Shown here: piece by piece, positions 1-12,731 of the stretch
How positions within the stretch are numbered: position 1 is the stretch's first letter
Layout of the letters: each line of letters begins with the position of its first letter
From: Octopus vulgaris
Lineage: Eukaryota
Reading direction: 5' to 3'
DNA length: 64,000 bases
Assembly: GCA_951406725.2 (NCBI GenBank)
Contig: OX597820.1
Span: 21,638,001 to 21,702,000 of the forward strand
The notes under the pieces: model-generated
Databases searched by the model: none
Told to the model about the DNA's origin: nothing
Seen by the model: the letters and a program-made list of their open reading frames with translations, nothing else
Program-made: the position numbers and the translations under genes

Positions 1-788
1 TTACAGTTTATAAACAACATAGCATACTTATCATTCTGTTGTACAGAAAACATTGCACAAATTCCCAGCCCTGTGCGTGTGCCTATGTTAGAATCTATTA
101 TATATGTGAAATTGCCATGCGATATTGTTGGAGATTACGAAGCCTGACGTTTGTAGTAACTTTGACGGTTTCTACTGATTGTTAGGGAAATCTGCTGTAC
201 TGAACGTACATCTCCTTCATCTCTCTCTATATAAAATTCTTTGCCTGTCTTTTTGAATGTCTGCCTGTTCTCTAAGTTCTAACGGTATCACTCTCCCTTT
301 TTTTGCTTGACGTTTTTAGAAAGATAAACAAAAACTTGTTAAATCTCGCAGAAACCAAGAAGCAGATTTTTTTTTAAGCTATAGCATCCATTTATTTTAT
401 GGCGATAGTTAAATCGTAAAGATGTGAATTTAAAAGACATTTACGTTATAAAGCACAAGGATATTTCTGGATCTCGGGAAGGTCATTATGACAATAATAA
501 ACATACGCACTGTCTCTATTTCACTTCCTTTACTTGTGGCAAGCTGACAGAATCGTTAGTGCGCCGAGCAAAATGTTTAGGAAACAGGAGACACAGGTTT
601 AATTCCTGGAACAGGGTCTATGAAAAGAGCAATTCAATTCATGTTACTCGTATCTATTCAGCTCTAACGAGCCTCTCTCTCTCTCTCTCTCGTTCCCTTT
701 ATCTCTCTCTCTCTCTCTCTGTTGCTATCTAGTTATTTCTCTCACACTCTCACATTCTCTCTCTCCCTCTCCCTCTCTTTCTCTCTCG

Positions 789-946
<158 letters not shown>

Positions 947-1449
947 GTCTATCTATATGTCTAACTCTCCAGCTGTTAAATCTTGGACGTTCTGCTGGTC
1001 AACAGCGAAAGGATCAAAAGGATGTTTGTTTCTGCTTACGATTACACAGACACTTAAAGTAATTAGCGAAAGCATGGTACATATTACATAGTCAAATACG
1101 CTGTGATTTGGTAACATCCACCATGACGTCTGACTATACTGTACAATTTACATTATATTAATAAACAGCGATTTCATTAGAGATTTTGCTGTTGTTCGAG
1201 TTCAAAGACATTCCAGCTGTAAGCATTTCGACTTTTTGTGTACAACGGAGTACATTGTTCAATGTATCTTTTGTTTTTGCTGAAGACGGTAGGATATAAT
1301 TTGAGGGAAATTTGGCTGCTATTGCAAGTACACCTTCCCTTCGTTGGCACATACTAAAAGAGTGAATAACTAAAGTATCGGATTACTGTCTCACTAGTTG
1401 TGATCTCATAGTTTCAGCAACATTTCGTTATCTCTAAGGTACGATACTA

Positions 1450-1860
1450 CATATACTTGTATACCAATTGACATTGTTGTAGAAACCGACTATATTTTGT
1501 AGGAATGTTGTCTGTGATAGATGGCATCCTACGCAAGAGAGTATTCATTGCACTTCTTTCTTACTTTATTCAATCCGGATATAAACAGTGACGTGTTATA
1601 CCCTCTTAGCAGGAAGGACGACATGTCACAAAGCTCTCAAATGTTTTGTACATGAATACGTATAGAATTGCTCAAAGACCGACGATATTTTCATAGGAAT
1701 GTTACCTGAGAGAAGCTGGCACCTCACATAAGAGAATATTCGTTGCATATTCGTTTAACTCATTTCATTTGAAATACTAACAATGTCATTATATGCTCAC
1801 TTAGGAGGAAGGATGAGCTTTCATATGCCGTCTGGAATAATACGTATAAAATTACTCTTA
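1450..1860. repeat. Diverged tandem duplication, ~194-bp period, about 2 copies
   Basis: ACCGAC..ATATTTT..TAGGAATGTT at 1485 and 1678; AGGAAGGA at 1611 and 1806; collinear similarity in between. Confidence 0.7.
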
Positions 1861-2445
1861 TTGTAGGCACTTAAGGTATATATATACGTGACCATATGCA
1901 TACATACATGTCGATGTATGCATAGCTACAAGGCGTAAGTATTATGGAAAAAACAGATACATCTTGCACGGAGTAATATGTTAATATACCATCGCTTTAT
2001 ATCTCAGATCATTCGTAATGCATATTTTATAGACTTCAAGGAGATTAAATTGCTAAACTAGCAGCCTCAATGCGATTTCAGGATATAAAAATATGGAGAT
2101 ACGAAACAAATGAATCTCAGTTCTTCCTGTTTGAGGTATATTGTAAGAATTCGATCATCCAGAGATGCCACATATTTGTATGTATGTATGTATGTATGTA
2201 TGTATGTATGTATGTATGTATGTATGTATGTATAAATATATATATACATATACACATATACATACACATACATTTGCATGTATGTATGTATGTATGTATA
2301 TATGTGTGTGTGCGTGTGTGTGTGTGTGAGTGTGCGTTTGTGTGTGTGTGCGTATGCGCGTGTGTGTGTGATATTTAATGCATATACTCTGTAGTGTTAG
2401 TGCAATATTTGTCCTAAGATAACATCTCTTAAAGTCTGAGTCTCT

Positions 2446-2782
2446 GAGACTCCCTTCTGTCACGACACTGACCATGGGATTGCACCTAGAAAGTTACCCT
2501 CCCAGGTACATTTCTGGGCAAGGTTGTTTATGGAAGACCAGCAGTCACCCATGCATACTGGCCTCCCCTCTCCACGCCACCAGTGTTATCCAAGGGAAAG
2601 GCAACAGCAGATACAGCTTGGCACCTGTGACGTCGCAACTCATTTCTACAGCTGAGTGAACTGGCGCAACGTGAAATAAATTGTCTTGCTCAAGAACACA
2701 GCACGCAGCCCGGTCCGGGATTCGAGCTCACAACCTCACGATCGTAAGCTCGACGCTCTAGCCACTGAGTCATGCGTCTTCA
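2446..2782 (-). mobile_element. tRNA-derived SINE, group A (tail ..GAAGGGGGTCTC)
   Basis: A/B-box-like head on the minus strand; highly similar full-length copy at 55121-55458. Confidence 0.85.
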
Positions 2783-3137
2783 ATAAAGTATTTCTTAAAG
2801 TATGAATTTTAGAAAGTGATGAAATTCTCGTCCTGGGTAGTGCTTATCTTATCAACCTGGTACTTATTTTATCAACCACGAAAGGGTCAAAGGTAAAATC
2901 AACCTTGGCAGAACTTGAACTCAGTACGTGTAAACGGACGAAATGCCGTGAAGTATTTTGTCCTAACAAATTTGTCAGCTCGCTGCCTTATTAAATGTAA
3001 TTATAAAAGAAACTGTAGATATAAAGTACATGATTGTTTTTGTTTTGCTAGTATGAACCAAATAGCAACTTACAGAATTGTTACAAATTAGGGAAATCAA
3101 GATCCATCCGTTAATAACATGAATAGAATTAACTTTA

Positions 3138-3295
3138 CGTTATTTACATTATTTACATTTGACGGATATTTGTCGGCTGATATACCGTCTAGCCTTCATC
3201 AGGTGTCTTGGGGAAATTTGGACCCTGAGTTCTCATTCCTAAGATATTTTTCGACTTTGTTGTTGTTATTATTATTATCATTATTATTACTATTA

Positions 3296-3360
<65 letters not shown>

Positions 3361-3525
3361 CTCACTGCCTGCAATCGAACTCGGAATCTTGAGGTTAGTA
3401 TCCCGCGCTATTAACTACTACGCCATATGCCTGTGTGCAACAAACAAGCTGAGGATAAATATCCGTCAAATGTAAATAATGTAAATAATGTACATAATTC
3501 CTCATCTCTTAAATATAGAACTGTA
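3138..3525 (-). mobile_element. tRNA-headed element with hammerhead motif and tail-out inverted ends (candidate Penelope-dependent SINE)
   Basis: Minus strand: A box TGGCGTAGTAGTTA (3412-3425), B box GAGTTCGATTGC (3371-3382), (AAT)n, then GACAC-CTGATGA-A-GGCT..AGCC-GA (3174-3207). ATTATTTACATTTGACGGATATTT on the left is inverted at ~3457-3480. Confidence 0.75.
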
Positions 3526-3714
3526 AATTTAACTTCCCCACAAATCAATTATGTCAACAAGCAAGAATTGCATAACGCAAAGCAAAGGTTAATGGTTGTG
3601 GTGTCATTCACACAAACAAGTGACGTGTACAAATAATAGAAAATGATCGGATTCCATAACACATACCGAGACAGAATATTACAACTAATTTCGTTCAACA
3701 TTTACATATATATT

Positions 3715-4097
3715 GGAGGCGCAATGGCCCAGTGGTTAGGGCAGCGGACTCGTGGTCGTAGGATCGCGGTTTCGATTCCCAGACCGGGCGTTGTGAGTGT
3801 TTATTGAGCGAAAACACCTAAATCTCGACGAGGCTCCGGCAGGGATGGCGGTGATCCCTGCTGTACTCTTTCACCACAACTTTCTCTCACTCTTACTTCC
3901 TGTTTCTGTTGTACCTGTATTTCAAGGGGCCGGCCTTGTCACTCTCTGTGTCACGCTGAATCTCCCCGAGAACTACGTTAAGGGTACACGTGTCTGTGGA
4001 GTGCTCAGCTACTTACAAGTTAATTTCACGAGCAGGCTGTTCCGTTGATCGGATCAACCGGAACCCTCATCGTCGTAACCGACGGAGTGCTTCCACA
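3715..4097 (+). mobile_element. tRNA-derived SINE, group A (tail ..ACCGACGGAGTGC)
   Basis: Head GGAGGCGCAATGGCCCAGTGGTTAGG..GGTTTCGATTCCC; ACATATATATT TSD on both sides; near-identical copy at 57900-58278. Confidence 0.9.
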
Positions 4098-4249
4098 CAT
4101 ATATATTATAGTTAATATGCACATTGGTATGTTATTCTAATGTCGTTTCTGGTGCATATATTAATTTGTGTTTTGCCTGGCCAGCTTTCACACAAATTAC
4201 TGAATGTCTTGTTTACAGATTTTTTTAGTGGGTGAGTGTCCGGGTGTGT

Positions 4250-4296
4250 TCGTCACTGAGGAGGTGAAATCAGACCGACACACCGGTGTTTGATGA
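4250..4296 (+). ncRNA. Type I hammerhead ribozyme-like motif (one core substitution)
   Basis: TCGTCA CTGAGGA GGT-gaaatcag-ACC GACA CACCGGTG TT TGATGA. Stem I 6 bp, stem II 3 bp, palindromic stem III, GUU site; GAAA reads GACA. Confidence 0.6.
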
Positions 4297-4769
4297 TTCT
4301 CCGACGACCTTCTGAGCGAGATCTGGATTGTTAACAGACTTAAGAGCAGTTACTCTGAAACAAAATATTAAAACTAGTAAAACTAGTACCATTCTATGTT
4401 TGTATATACATGAAATATGTTATGCGTCGCTATTTTAACCCAACCATGTTCTAAGTGAGCATATTAAGATAAGAGATAAGAGATAAAACTGAAGATCGCA
4501 GAGTAGAAATATTTGACATATAATTTTAATGAAATTTTTCAAAGAAGATTGTTTCTTTTTAAACTCTCCACTAGTAGACAGATCATATTTGATTAGAACT
4601 GATAAGAAGCCTACAGAGTTGATGCTGACAATACTACGGTTATTGAAAAGAAGTCTGATATAGTGATTAAGCATCATTGTGCCAATGGAAAGTATATTTA
4701 TATGTTTTTTCTATATCTGCTAAATAATATATTGGAGATACTACAGAAATAAGCGAAGATAAACCGACG

Positions 4770-5470
4770 TAAATATTACCAGCATGATTTTTAAAAATGG
4801 GAAAATTGAATCACAGAAAACTTGATCCCAGAAGGCGAAGAGTTAGATAGTGGTACTTATCATATGTAAACAAATAACTACACTTCTCATCAGCAACAAG
4901 AACAAAAAACAAATTAAAAGAATTGTACGGAGTTAGTTAAAAAAAAAAGAAAAGAAAGAATATTTGAATATATAGTTAGCACTAAAACAGGAGTTAAAAG
5001 CTGCCGGTGAGAATATCTGTCATCACCAGAAGCGTAACCTGAGGAAAATATTTAACTAGAAAAACAGTCGAAACCAACTACAGAAAGATAAGGACACTCA
5101 AAAATAAAAAGAAAAAGGATCCTGAAGACTTTTTCTTGGAATGAAAAGTCTTCATTCAGAAGAAAAATCTGGAATGAGGAAAAGAAGTTTAAACAAGTAT
5201 GCAGTGTGGCTGGAAGAAATTTGAAAGACGTATTGTCCCTAAAGCTCTCTTTATAAATAGCGTTATCTTTGAGATTGAGATATATAAACTTCAGGATACG
5301 AAAGCTCCAAGAAGAGTCTTGATTGTCTGCTACCGAAGCAAATTAATTGAGCTTCTGTTGGGGTATCTTAGTGACCTTTAATCAATAAGTTCCTCAAAGA
5401 AGATATCGAATTGACTGACATTTGCAGGAACAAGTTTGTAACCTAAAATCAAAGCCACACACGAGGCCAG
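4770..5470 (+). pseudogene. Decayed R4/Dong-like (RLE-clade) LINE ORF, pre-RT region
   Basis: Translated pieces LKQELKAAGENICHHQKRNLRKIFN, RKIWNEE..YAVWLEE, KLQDTKAPRRVLIVCYRSKL (KAPGPD-I--YW-KKL motif) and *LTFAGTSL*PK (WLT-G-T-LLPK motif); many stops and frameshifts. Confidence 0.6.
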
Positions 5471-5871
5471 TCCTTTGCATTCTAGAATTTACTGCAAATA
5501 ATTTGTCTGCAAGTAGTCGCACAGAATCACTGTTATAGTAACAATATTTTTACGTTTTAACGTCAGTATTGCATTATCAGATACTGTCAATTAAATATGA
5601 TAAAGCAAAGATGTTATTTATTGAAAATGCCTGCTTATAATCAAATGCATCCTCCGCACAGATCTTTTTTAATTGGTGCAGCAAGAAAAAGTAAATTAAA
5701 TTAAAAACACCCTGCGTTGGAAGCTGAACCTACAAAACTGAATGAAGGGCAAATTCTGGTTTTAAATTTGAGAGCTTAATTAAAACTTAATAATAACTAA
5801 AATGTGGATTTCATACATGTCTAAGAATACGTACATAAAGTGAATTGAATTGGTTCAAGTTTATTTAATGT

Positions 5872-6003
5872 AGAGACACATAGCCTAGTGGTTAGAGCAG
5901 CGGACTCGCGGTCGAGGGATCGCGGGTTCGAATCTCAGACGGGGCAACGTGTGTGTTTATGAGCGAAACACCTAAGTTCCATGCGGCTCCTGCGGAAGGT
6001 AAT
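5872..6003 (+). mobile_element. Group A SINE 5' fragment
   Basis: Matches the head of the 17447 copy (TAGTGGTTAGAGCAGCGGACTCGCGGTCGAGGGATCGCGGGTTCGAATCTC). Confidence 0.75.
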
Positions 6004-6090
6004 GTTATTGAATTTTACGGTTAATGTAATCGACTTACACACTTCCTCGAAATTACTGTCCTTGTACCAAAATTTGAAACCAATATTTTC

Positions 6091-6245
6091 TTCTCTATAT
6101 TTAAGAGATGAGGAATTATGCACATTATTTACATTTGACAGATGTTTGTCCTCATCTTGATGAAGGCTTGAGGGTATATCAGCCGAAACATTGTGTTACC
6201 AACAAACAACATGAGGAGAAATGTCCGTCAAATGTAAATAATGCA
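6091..6245 (+). mobile_element. Short copy of the 3138-3525 family: inverted ends around the hammerhead 3' part
   Basis: TGATGA-A-GGCT-tgagggtatatc-AGCC-GAAAC-ATT-GTGTT (6158-6197); the arms CATTATTTACATTTGAC..CCTCAT and ATGAGG..GTCAAATGTAAATAATG are inverted. Confidence 0.75.
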
Positions 6246-6647
6246 ATATTTTCTTGTATATATGTATGTGCGTGCGTCTGATGCCCCTTGAAGACAGTTG
6301 AGCAATGGTTCATACCTAAAGCAGGCTGCTTTAATCAGAAAAATATAATAAAAGTAATGATGACTAAATATATATTTCGTTTGAGTCATGTATGGACGTA
6401 CGTTTATGCAATCAGTATCTATCTCTGTCTCCCCATCTCTCTCTCCCCATGTATCTTCCTCGTGCTTTAGCTGATAAAAGACTCTTCTTTGTAGAGAATA
6501 TGGTTAATTTTTTAAAATAATAATGCTATATTTTTTACTGTTATACCTACGTATTTAAGATCGCTTCTAATAAAACATTAGATATAACTACTCTAACAGT
6601 TAGGCTTCATAAAATTTTCACAATGTCTCTTTATCGCCATTCTTATA

Positions 6648-6695
<48 letters not shown>

Positions 6696-6697
6696 AC

Positions 6698-6769
<72 letters not shown>

Positions 6770-6789
6770 GATATACATACATACATGCG

Positions 6790-6821
<32 letters not shown>

Positions 6822-6867
6822 GATATTTATATATATATACACATATAGATATACATACATACATGCG

Positions 6868-6915
<48 letters not shown>

Positions 6916-7257
6916 TGTATGTATGTATGTATTTATGATACACACACACGCTACTATACTAATAAGTCTCAAATAATGATGGATCGTATTTATGGACGTT
7001 AGGCTCCAAGAAGCAAATATTCCCATATAGCTATCAACAGTAACAATAATAGCAACATTTACAGATGCTACGTGTTATGCAAACTATATTATGCAAACAA
7101 TCATTTGGTTTGTTAATAGAAAACATTAAAAACGCAAAGCGCTTTTCTGTGGGGTTTGTTTGTTACTTTTTCTTAAAACAATCTAATCACACATCACTTA
7201 TTGCCTCACCGCATTCTTTGAGGAAGCTTCTGTTCACATATGCGTATATTAATCCTA

Positions 7258-7458
<201 letters not shown>

Positions 7459-7906
7459 TTGTACGGAATATATCAGCATCTGTTATTCAAGTAAAATAAC
7501 TCTCAAAACCAACCTAAACTTTTTGGACCGGAAGTAATAAAAATATTTGCCGCGTTATTAAATACAGTTTATGTCAATAAATATGGAGATGATTAAAATT
7601 AGGTCGAATCACACGTACACATAATCAAATGCTTTTAAGATAATGTTTTAAAGTTTAAATTCCGCTTAATCAGTTTTATATTTCCTGGATATTTAAGGTG
7701 GTGATCCAGTATGACCGCAGTCAAATGACTGAACCGTGTTGAAGAATAAAATATGTTATATCTGTTGAGAATTTTCTAAAATTTGTGTGAGTTCACATAT
7801 GCCATCCCTCTATTATTTATTGTATATATATATATATATGTGTGTGTGTATGTGTGTGTGTGTATGTGTGTGTGTGTGTGTGTGTATGTGTGTGTGTATG
7901 TATGTA

Positions 7907-7986
<80 letters not shown>

Positions 7987-8599
7987 GTGTGTGTATGTAT
8001 GTATATGTCTGTGTGTTTGTGTTTGTCCCTCCCAACTATCGCTTGACAACCGATGTTGGTGTGTTTACGTCCCCGTAACCTAGCGGTTCGGCAAAACACG
8101 CCGATAGAATAAGTACTAGGTTTATGAAGAATAATTCCTGGGGTTGACGTGTTCGACTGAAGGCGGTGCTCCAGCATGGCCTCAGTCAAATGACTGAAAC
8201 AAATAAAATAATAAAAGGATACATATATACCTATATACATATATACATACATGTGTGTTTGTGTGTATGTATGTATGTATACGTATGTGTGTGTGTGTGT
8301 TTGTGTGCATACTTGTGTGTGTGAGAGAGAGAGTTCTTTGAAGTTGTGTCTGTTCTGTCACACTTCCTGACAATCAATGCTGTTGTGTTTACGTCCTTGT
8401 AACTTAGCTGTTCGACAAAATAGAGAGACAGAATTAGTTACAGGGTTTTTAAAAAAATAAGGACCAAGGACAATTTGTCGCAGTAAAAATACTTTCAAGG
8501 CAGTGCCTTCAGCATAGAGACAGTCTAATGACTGCAAACAAGTAACAGATGAATGATAAAAATAAAGTTTATTTTCGTTGTACGCATGCAACCGTGTGG

Positions 8600-8654
8600 T
8601 GCCATCTGTTGGCGCACTACAGAACTAGTCTGAGAAACTTTTGATACCACCTCG
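8600..8654. mobile_element. Solo Tc1/mariner-type TIR remnant
   Basis: ..GAAACTTTTGATACCACCTCG followed by TA resembles mariner MITE ends; no partner TIR found. Confidence 0.35.
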
Positions 8655-9169
8655 TATTTTATCTCAACGCACACTAAAAAAAGAAAAAGAAGAAAATCGA
8701 GACGGTTCTGTAATGATTTCAATCTTTGCCGTAAGAAACGTATTTGTTTAGAGAACGAAAATACTCGAATGAATAAACCTTTAGTGTATGACTGGTACTT
8801 AGGAGGATGAACGGCAAATTCGACCTTTACGAAATAGAGTTCAGATCACAGTAGGGCGTAAGCGTAGAAGAATAGGTGGTTTTCTAATCAAGAAAGTTAT
8901 CTCAGAAGAGATTGTTATTGGAAATACTACAAAAGCATAAATATAGCATATTATCTCATACGTTGGATAATAGCGCCAAAAACATAGATAAAAAGAATAA
9001 CCTATCTAGGATAGTTATATCGCCTCGCACTTTGAAGGTGCACTTTTGTTATAATGCAGAGGCTAGTGAGAATTACGAAGTATATTAAAGATAGCGATAT
9101 CTTCTGACAACCAATTATGTTGTAATAAAACCTGTTAATGTCCAATTGGTGTGAATGTTATAGCACATA

Positions 9170-9549
9170 TCTCTATATATATAAACGGCAAAATGTCTGT
9201 CTGTGTGTGTGTGTGTGTGTGTGTCCTTTATACAAATCCACCATTTTTCAGTTAGAGGGCTCGCATTTTCTATGGTCATTCATAACCGTCCAAGGGTGGT
9301 CATGCACATCTTTACATTTCCCCAGTCACCCCGCTAAACCATTAAAAAATCAATAGAAGTGACTTTTTTGTGAATTTTCTATCCAAAACCCAATCAAAAT
9401 GCCCGAAACTTGATACGCCAATTGAATGCCAGCTAGCTGTATGTAATGGGTCGGAGATTTGGACAGTACTCGCGTGTATGTGCGCACGCACGCAGCTGTA
9501 TATGCATGCACTAGCACTATGACCCGGCGTTGTTGGGTCATAGTGCTAG
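9170..9549 (+). mobile_element. Non-autonomous Helitron
   Basis: A|TCTCTATATATATAAA 5' end; 3' hairpin and CTAG|T at 9546-9550; no TSD. Confidence 0.75.
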
Positions 9550-9952
9550 TCACCAATAAATAGCTTTTCAAAATTGCCTCTTTGAACGTTATTCGTTTAT
9601 GGATGGTGACTTTATGGTATGAGGGATATAGGAGGACTTTTGTGCCACAGAGAACAAGGTGCAACAGAGAGCACTGAGTAATCATTTAGTTTAAGGTTCA
9701 GTCCCATTGTGGGGCATTTGGGTCAAAGTCGTCAACTATAACCCAGAGCCGATCTATACTTTGTGAATGAATTTGGTACATAGAAATTAGGTGAAAGCTC
9801 GTCGTGTATGTGTGTGCGTGAGGAGAGAGAGAGAGAGAGAAAGACAGACAGAGAGAGAAAGACAGACAGAGAGAGAAAGACAGAGAGAGAGAAAGACAGA
9901 GAGAGAGAGAAAGACAGAGAGAGAGAAAGACAGAGAGAAAGAGAGAAAGACA

Positions 9953-9987
<35 letters not shown>

Positions 9988-10391
9988 CGCGCATGTGTGT
10001 GTACCTTTGTGTTTTTTTGTGTCCCCTATTGCTTCACAACCGGTCTTGGTATGTTTGTTTCCCCATATTCTAGCAGTTCGCTAAAATCTGTATTCGCGTT
10101 GATTTGTTCGATAATCCGTCAAGCTCAAACCGGTGTCCGAGCATGGCCACATTTCAATGACTGAAACAAATAAAAGAATAAACGAATACCTGTTTGAAAT
10201 TGTCTGCATGTTATTCTAGTGATCACTTATTCTAAAATAAGACATGTTGATGTGCCTTCAGCAATTGGTAAACCTATCACTGCTTCTGTACACTTACCCT
10301 GATATACAATAACAACCACATCGTCAAATAATAAGGTTGTAATTCATGAGCAGGTAAGGACTAGACTTGATTAATATTTGCAGATGAAACT

Positions 10392-10640
10392 CATCATTAT
10401 CAACATCGTCGTTTAACGTCCGTTTTCCATGCTAGCATGGGTTGGACGGTTCGACCGGGATCTGGGAGCCAGGAGGCTGCACCAGGCTCCAGTCTGATCT
10501 GGCAGTGTTTCTACAGCTGGATGCCCTTCCTAACGCCAACCACTCCGTGAGTGTATTGGGTGCTTTTTACGTGCCACCCGCACAGGTGCCAGGCGAGGCT
10601 GGCAACGGCCACGATCGGTTGGTGCTTTTTACGGGCCAAA
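10392..10640 (-). mobile_element. 3' part of another SINE-like repeat with a (GAT)n-like tail
   Basis: GC-rich island containing GGATGCCCTTCCTAACGCCAACC and an internal duplication of GGTGCTTTTTACG; single copy here. Confidence 0.5.
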
Positions 10641-11044
10641 TTTCTGTCTATAGTAGTTTATCAAAAATCCAAACGAGAGAAGCTCTATCCGCTCAGCCCT
10701 ATAACTAATAGTTACCAAATTCTCTCATATCACGCTTTGCTGCCTTAGAAAATTTTATACGGGCAAGATAGTTCTACATATATAAAATCATTGGAATGGC
10801 CACAACTGGATTGCTTTACATCATACGTCAGTTCGATCAGTGTTCTGGATTATTTAACTAGAATAGAAAGAAATTACATTCAGTATGACTGGTGACAAAC
10901 AGACAAGAGATCTTTCTCATGACTACACAGGTCTGGAAAGTTATCGTATTCACAATAGATAATCTACTTTAATTTACTGATATGGATCGACGTGGAGTAA
11001 GAAAGAATACCTCCGATAAACGGAGTCAGCAAACCGACTTAGTT

Positions 11045-11262
11045 TACTCTCTTTTACTTGTTTCAGTCATTTGACTGCGGCCATGCTGGAGCACCGCCTT
11101 TAATCGAGCAACTCGACCCCGGGACTTATTCTTTTGTAAGCCCAGTACTTATTCTATCGGTCTCGTTTGCCGAACCGCTAAGTGACGGGGACATAAACAC
11201 ACCAGCATCGGTTGTCAAGCAATGCTAGGGGGACAAACACAGACACACAAACACACACACGC

Positions 11263-11293
<31 letters not shown>

Positions 11294-11460
11294 TAAGACG
11301 GGCTTTTTTCAGTTTCCGTCTACCAAATCCACTCACAAAGCTTTGGTCGGCCCGAGGCTATAGTAGAAGACACTTGCCCAAGGTGCCACGCAGTGGGACT
11401 GAACCCGGAACCATGTGGCTGATAAACAAGCTACTTACCACACAGCCACTCCTGCGCTTG
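11045..11460 (-). mobile_element. Group C SINE, full length (tRNA-like head, CORE-like segment, internal TA/CA microsatellite, GTAAAAGA tail)
   Basis: More than 10 copies in the window; GGCACCTTGGGCAAGTGTCTT resembles the CORE-SINE motif GTGACCTTGGGCAAGTCACTT. Confidence 0.9.
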
Positions 11461-11537
11461 TAAAAAAGTAATTGAAAGATAAAGCGTTTCAGTTATGCTG
11501 CTTATAAACTCCGGAGATATTATGACCATACAGTCAA

Positions 11538-11610
11538 GTAACTGTATCGCAAAGTATAGCGCGCAGGACTTCAAATCTAGAGATTGTGGATTTGAGTCCC
11601 AACAGGGTTG
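11538..11610 (+). pseudogene. Decayed tRNA-Arg-like sequence (anticodon now TCA)
   Basis: Collinear with eukaryotic tRNA-Arg(TCT): CGCAA..ATAGCGC..GGACTTC[A]AATC..TTGTGG.TT.GAGTCCCA.CAG. A/B boxes and stems are damaged. Confidence 0.55.
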
Positions 11611-11854
11611 AGAAGTAATACTTTTATAATGTGGTGCTTCACCATAGCCGCAGTCCATCAGCTCCAACCATTAAAGGAATATATACTCATTTGCATACCA
11701 TACGCCAGAAACGGAGGGCTTGGTTTAACAGCACGCATCTTCTTTCTCCGATTTTTAGATATGTTTCAGTGAAAAAAATAATAAAATAAAATAAGTGAAT
11801 AAATAATAAAACTTGAGGGGTTCCTCCTATTTTATAGCTTTTATACGCCATATC

Positions 11855-12087
11855 TATTTCTTTACTACCCACAAGGGGCTAAACACAGAGGAGACAAACA
11901 AGGACAGACAAACAGATTAAGTCGATTATATCGACCCCAGTGCGTAACTGGTACTTAATTTATCTACCCCAGAAGGATGAAAGGCAAAGTCGGCCTCGGC
12001 AGAATTTGAACTCAGAACATAACGGCAGACGAAATACGGCTACGCATTTCGCCCGGCGTGCTAACGTTTCTGCCAGCTCGCCGCCAC
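11855..12087 (-). mobile_element. Group B SINE, full length (tail ..GCCCCTTGTGGGTAGTAAAGAAAT)
   Basis: Head GGCGGCGAGCTGGCAGAAACGTTAGC..GAGTTCAAATTC; CTTTTATACGCC TSD; many copies in the window. Confidence 0.9.
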
Positions 12088-12390
12088 TTTTATACGCCTA
12101 TATCACTCGCATACATTCACACAAAAAGACTCACAGTGAGTGGTGATAGACTCCCAACAAGCCGGAATTTGCGATAGAAGTTCGATTCCCTATTGAGTTA
12201 TTTAATTTCAGTTTATACTATGTCGATTCAACTCATATCAACCGTTTGAAGAGATTCACTAGCTTTGTACACATATCCCGGAAATGGGGTCATCGATAAT
12301 AAGTACCACAGGAGGTTTACATTTTAATCGAGTCTAAGCGGTACATCTCATGCATACATACATACATACATACATACATACATACATACA

Positions 12391-12422
<32 letters not shown>

Positions 12423-12424
12423 AG

Positions 12425-12680
12425 TGGAGGCGCGTGGCTTAGTGGTTAGGGTGTTGAACTCATAATCGTAATAAGGTTGTGGTTTCGATTCCTGGACCGG
12501 GCGATGCGTTGTGTTCTTGAGCAAAACACTTCATTCTCACGTTGTTCCAGTCTACTCAGCTGGCGAAAATGAGTAATCCTGCGACGGACCGGCGTCCCGT
12601 CCAAGTGGGGGAATTTATACGCCACTGAAACCCGGAAACCGGCACTTATATGCCTGGCATGCCTCGAAGAAGGAACATAA
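12425..12680 (+). mobile_element. Group A SINE (head 2, tail ..CTCGAAGAAGGAAC)
   Basis: GGAGGCGCGTGGCTTAGTGGTTAGG..GGTTTCGATTCC; same head as 63878. Confidence 0.85.
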
Positions 12681-12685
12681 ATTTG

Positions 12686-12731
<46 letters not shown>

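Noticed and set aside
3715-3790. SINE heads as functional tRNA genes
   Set aside because: They continue into SINE bodies with TSDs and lack proper acceptor stems and terminators.
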